Translations under genes and position numbers: made by a program | Notes under the pieces: generated by a model | Told to the model about the DNA's origin: nothing | The model's database searches: none | Seen by the model: the letters and a program-made list of their open reading frames with translations, nothing else | Assembly (NCBI RefSeq): GCF_017656055.1 | Contig: NZ_CP069383.1 | Coordinates: 90,001-122,000, forward strand | DNA from: Candidatus Saccharimonadota bacterium | Lineage (GTDB): Bacteria > Pseudomonadota > Gammaproteobacteria > Enterobacterales > Enterobacteriaceae | Length of the DNA: 32,000 nt | Reading direction: 5' to 3' | Shown: in pieces, positions 26,635-32,000 of the stretch | Numbering within the stretch: the stretch's first letter is position 1 | Layout of the letters: every line of letters starts with the position of its first letter

Positions 26635-28447
26635 TATTTACATTATAATTATTTTTTATTAATATAAAATCAAATATTTTTCTTAATATATCCCCTGGAT
26701 TTATTTCATTTCCTATATTTTCTAATATTAAAACTATTGCTATTTTTGGATTATTAAATGGACCAAATCCTATAATTAATCTATGATCTCTTAATTCTTT
26801 AGGTACAATATTATTAAAATATTTTTTATTTCTTAAACTAAATACTTGAGCTGTACCTGTTTTACATGCAATTTTATATTTGGAATTATTAAATGATGAA
26901 TTAGCAGTTCCATTTTTAGAATGAGCTACATTATACATACTAAATTTTATTATATTCCATATATTATCATTAATATTTATAATATTTTTTAAATTATTAT
27001 TGTTTATAATATTTTTATTTTTTATTATATGTAATTTTTTATTTATTCCATTATTAACCAAAATTAATAATGCATTTAACATTTGTATAGGAGTTACACT
27101 AAAATAACCTTGTCCTATACCTGCTGATATTGTATCACCTATGTACCATTTTTTTTTTATTTTTTTTATTTTCCATTCTTTTGAAGGTAATATACCTATT
27201 TTTTCGTTTGGTAAATCAATATTAGTTTTTTTATTAAAACCAAAATAACTCATAAATTTGTTTATTTTATCTATACCAATTAAATAAGCTATATTATAAA
27301 AATAAACATCAGAAGATTCTTCTATTGCTTTTATTATATTTATCCATCCTCTTCCATTTTTATTCCAATCATTATATATGTTATTACTATTAGGTATTTT
27401 CCACCATCCAGGATCATAAAATAATGAATTTAAATTTATAATATTATTATATAATGCTAATAATCCTATATATGGTTTAATTGTGGAAGCTGGTGGATAT
27501 ATTCCTTGTATAGATCTATTTAGTATTGGATAGTTTTTATTATTTAATAAATTTTTAATACTATTATTTTTATATATAAATAAATTAGGATTAAAACTAG
27601 GACTAGATATCATTGATAATATAGATCCATCATTAACATCTGATATAATTAAAGATCCTTTATATTTTTTCATTAAATTATAAGAAAAATTTTGTAATTT
27701 GAAATCTAATGTTGTACGTATATTATTTCCATTTATAGGCATTATTTTGTTTTTAAATCTTACAAATTTACCTCTATTATTAATTTCTATTTCTTTTATT
27801 CCAAATTTTCCTCTTAATATATTTTCATAATATTTTTCTAAACCCATTTTTCCTATATAACTATTTTTGTTATAATTATTTTTATTATTATTTAAAGAAT
27901 ATTTATCTATTAATGAAACATATCCTATTATATGTGAAAATAAATTTTTATATGGATAGTATCTTTTATATTCTATATTTATATTAAAATTTGGAAATTC
28001 TATTTTTCTAACTATAAATCTATTTAATTCTGATTTATTTAATTTATGTTTTATTATTATTGGATTAGAAGTATATGATTTTTTTAATCTATTATAAAAA
28101 GATTTTATTTCATTTTTATTAATTTTTATTATCTTACTTAGTTTTTTAATTTCTTTTTTTATATTATTTACCCTATCAGGTATTAATTCTATATTATATA
28201 TTATTTTATTAGAAGCTAATATTTTATTATTTCTATCTAATATTAATCCTCTTATTGGGTTTATATATACTAATCTAGTACAATTTTTATATGATTTTAA
28301 ATTATATAATTCATAATTATTTATTTGTATATTATATATTTTTATTAATAATAATAAAAATAATATAAATACATAAAAAATTATATTATTTATTCTATTT
28401 ACACATTTCTCATATATATTATATAAATTATACTCTGAAAATTTCAT
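26609..28447 (-). CDS. mrdA: Penicillin-binding protein 2 (elongasome transpeptidase)
   Basis: SxxK motif PPASTIKP, SSD (SxN/D-type motif), KTG motif CKTGTAQV, N-terminal membrane anchor. 612 aa versus 633 aa. Confidence 0.95.
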   Translation of the reverse strand: MKFSEYNLYNIYEKCVNRINNIIFYVFILFLLLLIKIYNIQINNYELYNLKSYKNCTRLVYINPIRGLILDRNNKILASNKIIYNIELIPDRVNNIKKEIKKLSKIIKINKNEIKSFYNRLKKSYTSNPIIIKHKLNKSELNRFIVRKIEFPNFNINIEYKRYYPYKNLFSHIIGYVSLIDKYSLNNNKNNYNKNSYIGKMGLEKYYENILRGKFGIKEIEINNRGKFVRFKNKIMPINGNNIRTTLDFKLQNFSYNLMKKYKGSLIISDVNDGSILSMISSPSFNPNLFIYKNNSIKNLLNNKNYPILNRSIQGIYPPASTIKPYIGLLALYNNIINLNSLFYDPGWWKIPNSNNIYNDWNKNGRGWINIIKAIEESSDVYFYNIAYLIGIDKINKFMSYFGFNKKTNIDLPNEKIGILPSKEWKIKKIKKKWYIGDTISAGIGQGYFSVTPIQMLNALLILVNNGINKKLHIIKNKNIINNNNLKNIININDNIWNIIKFSMYNVAHSKNGTANSSFNNSKYKIACKTGTAQVFSLRNKKYFNNIVPKELRDHRLIIGFGPFNNPKIAIVLILENIGNEINPGDILRKIFDFILIKNNYNVNNEFLQNKK

Positions 28448-28451
28448 TATA

Positions 28452-28786
28452 TTATAATTTATTTTTATATTTTATATTAATATAAAATAAAAGATATCTA
28501 ATATTATTAAATAATATATTATTATTAATATTTTTGTTAAAATTAATTTTATTATAAATTAATATATTTATATTATTAATTATTGTTAATAAATTATATA
28601 TATCATATATATTTATTATTTTTGAAACTATAATTATATTTTTAACATATTTTATATTTATAGAGTTTTTTTTTAATATATTTAAAATTCTATATTTTTT
28701 TTTATTTTTTATATATTTTAATATATTTAAATATATATAAAATAATTTTATTAATTTTAATATAATTAATATATTATTTTTTTTTT
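28452..28786 (-). pseudogene. holA: Stop-free continuation of holA in the +1 frame (about 110 codons, no ATG), filling the apparent holA-mrdA gap
   Basis: My hand translation from inside the A10 tract (28784) to TAA at 28454-28452 contains no stop: KKNNILIILKLIKLFYIYLNILKYIKNKKKYRILNILKK...FNNIRYLLFYINIKYKNKL. The other two frames are broken repeatedly. The frame ends 4 nt before the mrdA ATG. Confidence 0.45.
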
Positions 28787-29412
28787 ATTATATTAATAAT
28801 TATTTTTTTTTTTTTATAATTAAAATTATATATTAACTTTTCAATTTCTATATATAATAATATGTCATATTTAATTATTAAATAATGATATTTATCATAA
28901 ATTAAAAAATCTTTTAATATTGAATAAAAATTATTATAATATTTTTTATATATTATATAAAGATTATTTATAATATCTATATTTTTTTTTTTATTTATAA
29001 ATATAATTTTAATAAATTCTATAAATTCTTTTTTATTATTAATAATACAATTTATTATATTAAAATCATTATTTTTATTTAAATATTTTATATATTTTAT
29101 ATTATTAATAATAATTATAAAAATTATATTTTTATTATTAAATATAAATTGTAATAATCTATAATTATCATTTCTTATATTTAAAATAATTATTTTTTTA
29201 TTTAAAAACATATCTAAATTAAATAAATTTATGTTTATGTTATTATTATAAGAATAATCATTGATTATTTTAATTTTTTTATAATAAAAATTAATTATTA
29301 TATTTTTTATAAAAAAAATTATATCTTTTTCATTATAATATAATATATATATAGTATTATTATTGTTTAATATATTATATATTTTATTTATATTATTTAT
29401 TTTTATCATCAT
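28774..29412 (-). CDS. holA: DNA polymerase III delta subunit, N-terminal two thirds (ORF ends right after an A10 tract)
   Basis: Lies between leuS and mrdA as in E. coli. The N-terminal pattern IKINNINKIYNILNNNNTIYILYYNEKDIIFF parallels E. coli IRLYPEQLRAQLNEGLRAAYLLLGNDPLLLQE. YYNNFYSILKDFLIY parallels YEGNLLALAQALERLSLL. 212 aa versus 343 aa. Confidence 0.55.
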   Translation of the reverse strand: MMIKINNINKIYNILNNNNTIYILYYNEKDIIFFIKNIIINFYYKKIKIINDYSYNNNININLFNLDMFLNKKIIILNIRNDNYRLLQFIFNNKNIIFIIIINNIKYIKYLNKNNDFNIINCIINNKKEFIEFIKIIFINKKKNIDIINNLYIIYKKYYNNFYSILKDFLIYDKYHYLIIKYDILLYIEIEKLIYNFNYKKKKIIINIIKKK

Positions 29413-31798
29413 CTATAATAAAATTTATCATTTTATTTTTAATAAATATTATTTTTTTAACATTATATTCTTTAATATTTATATATTTATTATTATATAT
29501 CTTTTTTATTATATTATTTTGGTTATCATTTTTATTTACTTTAATAATATTTTTTTTTTTAGAGTTTACCATTATATTAATAAATAAAAAACTATTATTA
29601 TTTATATTTGTTCTACACTTAAATATATTATTATCTTTTCTAGGCCATCTACAAAAATCTATATTTTTTTTTATATTTAAATTTTTAAATATTACAAAAC
29701 TTATATGAGGAGAAAAAGGATATAAAAATTTTATCAATTTTATGAATATATATTTTAAAAAATATAAATTTGAAATATTATTATTTTTTATTAAATTATT
29801 TATTTTATTATATAAATTCATTATCTTAGATATAATAATATTATATTTTTTTTTATACATTAAATTAGTTATAATATCTATTTCATTATTAAAAAATATA
29901 TTAAAAATATTTTCTTCATTATTTAATATTTTTGTATTTTTTATTAATTTAATACTTTTTATAAAATTTGAAAATTTCCATATTTTATTTAAAAATCTAT
30001 ATATTCCTATTATTTTTTTTTCATCCCATTCTATATCATTTTCTATAGGAGCTAAAAACATTATAAAAGTTCTTAAAGTATCAGCGCCATATTTTTTTAC
30101 TATTTTTATAGGATCAACACCATTGTTTTTTGATTTTGACATTTTTGATATACCATCATATATTAAATTATAATTTTTATATTTATTTATATCTTCCGGA
30201 GAAATCCATATTTTTTTTTTATCTTCAATATAATAATATGATTTAGAATTTACCATACCTTGACATATTAATTCTATTGAAGGTTCTTTACATTTTATTA
30301 AATTAAATTTATAAAATAAATTGTTAAAATATCTTATATATATTAAATGCATAGTCGCATGTTCTATACCACCTATATAACAATCTATAGGTAACCAATA
30401 ATTAGTTATTTTATTATTTACCATTTTTTTATATTTTTTATTATAAGTAAATATTATATGATAAAAAGATGATTCTATAAATGTATCAAAAGTATCTTTT
30501 TCTATTAATAGATTTTTATAATTTTTATTTTTATTTTCTATTGTCAATGGAATATTTTTATTATTTATATATTTCATTTTATTATTTCTTTTATTATATA
30601 TAATAGGAATTGGACTACCCCAATATCTTTGTCTTGATATACACCAATCTTTTATATTAAATATTTTTTTATAAAATAATATTTTTTTTTCGTATAATAT
30701 ATTTTTAATATATTTAGATTTTTTATTACTTATTTTGTTTTTTATATCATTTGTTATTATAAATGAATAATAATTGAAAAAATTCATATTTGAATTAAAA
30801 ATATTATTTTTTTTTATATAATTATTTATTAATTTTATATCATTATTAATGATGATATTTTTTTTAAAATTATAAATATTTTTTATTAAAATATGAATTT
30901 TTTTATTATTTATAGGGATATATACATATAAATTATTTATATATTTATATTCATTCATAATATTTTTTATTAAAATGTTATTTTTATTTATAATTATTAA
31001 TTTTATATTAAATATATTTTTTATAAAATAATTTTCTTCATATAATAATATTTTATATTTATTATTTTTTTTATTATTTATATATATTGGTAATACTAAT
31101 TCATACCATTTATTTTTACCTATCCATTTTTTTTGCATAATTTTTACTTTATTATTCCATAATTTAAGTTTATATAAATTATTTAATAAATTTTCTGAAA
31201 AATTTTCTATTTTTAAAAACCATTGATTTTTATTTTTTTTTTCAATTATATTATTACATCTCCAACATTTGTTATTTATTACTTGTTCATTAGCTAATAC
31301 CGTTTTATCTTTTTTGCACCAATTAACAATAGATTTTTTTTTATACATTATTTTTTTATTAAAAAGCTTTTTAATAAAATATTGTTCATATTTATAATAT
31401 TTTTTTGAACATGTATATATTTCCTTTTCCCAATCAAAACTAAAACCTAACATTTTTATTTGTTTTTTCATATACTTTATATTTTTATATGTCCATAATT
31501 TTGGATCTTCATTATTAATTATAGAAGCATTTTCAGCTGGAAGTCCAAAACAATCCCATCCTATAGGAAATAAAACATTTTTTTTTAACATTCTATTAAA
31601 TCTTGAAATAATATCACCTATTGTATAATTTCTTACATGACCTATATGTAATTTTCCAGATGGATATGGAAACATACATAAACAATAAAATTTTTTTTTT
31701 TTTGTATTATTATTTGTTTTAAATGTTTTATTTTTTTCCCAATACTTTTGAACACATTTTTCTATATTTTTAAATGGATATTTAGTATTATTATTCAT
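29393..31798 (-). CDS. leuS: Leucyl-tRNA synthetase
   Basis: MFPYPSGKLHIGHVRNYTIGD (HIGH motif), KMSKSKNNG, WCISRQRYWGSPIPI. 801 aa versus 860 aa. Confidence 0.97.
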   Translation of the reverse strand: MNNNTKYPFKNIEKCVQKYWEKNKTFKTNNNTKKKKFYCLCMFPYPSGKLHIGHVRNYTIGDIISRFNRMLKKNVLFPIGWDCFGLPAENASIINNEDPKLWTYKNIKYMKKQIKMLGFSFDWEKEIYTCSKKYYKYEQYFIKKLFNKKIMYKKKSIVNWCKKDKTVLANEQVINNKCWRCNNIIEKKNKNQWFLKIENFSENLLNNLYKLKLWNNKVKIMQKKWIGKNKWYELVLPIYINNKKNNKYKILLYEENYFIKNIFNIKLIIINKNNILIKNIMNEYKYINNLYVYIPINNKKIHILIKNIYNFKKNIIINNDIKLINNYIKKNNIFNSNMNFFNYYSFIITNDIKNKISNKKSKYIKNILYEKKILFYKKIFNIKDWCISRQRYWGSPIPIIYNKRNNKMKYINNKNIPLTIENKNKNYKNLLIEKDTFDTFIESSFYHIIFTYNKKYKKMVNNKITNYWLPIDCYIGGIEHATMHLIYIRYFNNLFYKFNLIKCKEPSIELICQGMVNSKSYYYIEDKKKIWISPEDINKYKNYNLIYDGISKMSKSKNNGVDPIKIVKKYGADTLRTFIMFLAPIENDIEWDEKKIIGIYRFLNKIWKFSNFIKSIKLIKNTKILNNEENIFNIFFNNEIDIITNLMYKKKYNIIISKIMNLYNKINNLIKNNNISNLYFLKYIFIKLIKFLYPFSPHISFVIFKNLNIKKNIDFCRWPRKDNNIFKCRTNINNNSFLFINIMVNSKKKNIIKVNKNDNQNNIIKKIYNNKYINIKEYNVKKIIFIKNKMINFIIDDDKNK

Positions 31799-32000
31799 AT
31801 TTTTTATGTATATTTTTTATTCCTATTTTATTTAATATATAATTTTCTATTTTATATAATAATATTCTACTTTTATAATTTTTATGATTTATATTTAATA
31901 AATGTAGACAACCATGTATTATTAAATGCATCCAATGATTATATAATTTTATATTTTTAATATGTGATTCATATTCTATTTGTTTTTTACATAATATAAT
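31791..32000 (-). CDS. ybeY: Endoribonuclease YbeY, C-terminal part (5' end lies outside the window)
   Basis: The minus-strand hand translation ...NHWMHLIIHGCLHLLNINHKNYKSRILLYKIENYILNKIGIKN carries the YbeY zinc motif H-x3-H-x5-H (E. coli AHLVVHGSLHLLGYDH). Its stop overlaps the leuS start region. Confidence 0.85.
   Translation of the reverse strand: MILCKKQIEYESHIKNIKLYNHWMHLIIHGCLHLLNINHKNYKSRILLYKIENYILNKIGIKNIHKKYE

Noticed and set aside
28452-28786. The stop-free frame upstream of mrdA read as an independent rsfS (105 aa in E. coli) or rlmH remnant, since those genes precede mrdA in E. coli.
   Set aside because: It has no ATG. It lacks the conserved Gly, Trp, His and Pro positions of RsfS and RlmH. 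The frame opens exactly inside the holA A10 tract, and its length and hydrophobic pattern fit HolA domain III better. This reading is not fully excluded and needs a profile search.
29742-30173. 143-aa + strand ORF antisense to leuS. The 29363-29587 ORF (74 aa) and the 31748-31960 ORF (70 aa) are similar cases.
   Set aside because: These are shadow ORFs opposite leuS, holA and ybeY with Phe/Ile/Leu-rich low complexity. The 31748-31960 ORF sits opposite a clear YbeY zinc motif on the minus strand.
1-32000. Search for a novel multi-gene system such as a defence island, toxin-antitoxin pair, secretion or biosynthetic cluster, or an unannotated structured RNA.
   Set aside because: Every ORF of meaningful length maps to a familiar housekeeping family in a conserved context. 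No spacer exceeds 200 bp once the holA continuation is accounted for. The only GC-rich islands are the two tRNAs. I see no evidence for such a system in this window.

Overview
This window is a gene-dense stretch of an extremely AT-rich genome (roughly mid-teens % GC by eye, not computed). The gene content and micro-synteny look like a highly reduced, Enterobacterales-derived obligate endosymbiont; that origin is an inference, and I cannot name the organism. About 35 housekeeping genes are packed with tiny or negative spacers. They cover translation (ileS, valS, asnS, leuS, trpS, rpsT, rpsU, rpsF/rpsR, rplI, rpmB, rpmG, rpmE, two tRNAs, cca, tsaD, rsmA, rlmB, tusE, ybeY), replication and transcription (dnaG, rpoD, holA), RNA turnover (rne, orn), proteolysis (hslVU), redox and central metabolism (fldA, fpr, tpiA, ppa, tkt) and the envelope (surA, mrdA, mrdB). 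Several E. coli blocks survive with internal genes deleted: surA-[pdxA]-rsmA, rpsT/[ribF]-ileS, tsaD/rpsU-dnaG-rpoD-ileX, rlmB...rpsF-[priB]-rpsR-rplI, rpmBG, hslVU and leuS-[lptE]-holA-[nadD, rsfS, rlmH]-mrdAB. I found no mobile element, CRISPR array, defence or toxin locus, prophage remnant or GC-rich ncRNA other than the tRNAs, so I do not see a novel multi-gene system. The observations worth a second look are genome-erosion phenomena. (1) holA appears split at an A10 tract, and a stop-free frame of about 110 codons fills the supposed 326-bp intergenic gap up to mrdA. (2) S6 and S18 sit in one uninterrupted ORF after loss of priB. (3) Many A12-A17 tracts lie inside essential genes. (4) Domains have been lost from sigma-70 (region 1.1), RNase E (scaffold half), RlmB and ValS. 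(5) tRNA genes lack an encoded CCA and abut convergent stop codons, and one carries a hairpin built from its own acceptor arm. All coordinates and homopolymer lengths were counted by hand and anchored to the ORF track where possible. Counts inside homopolymers may be off by one.
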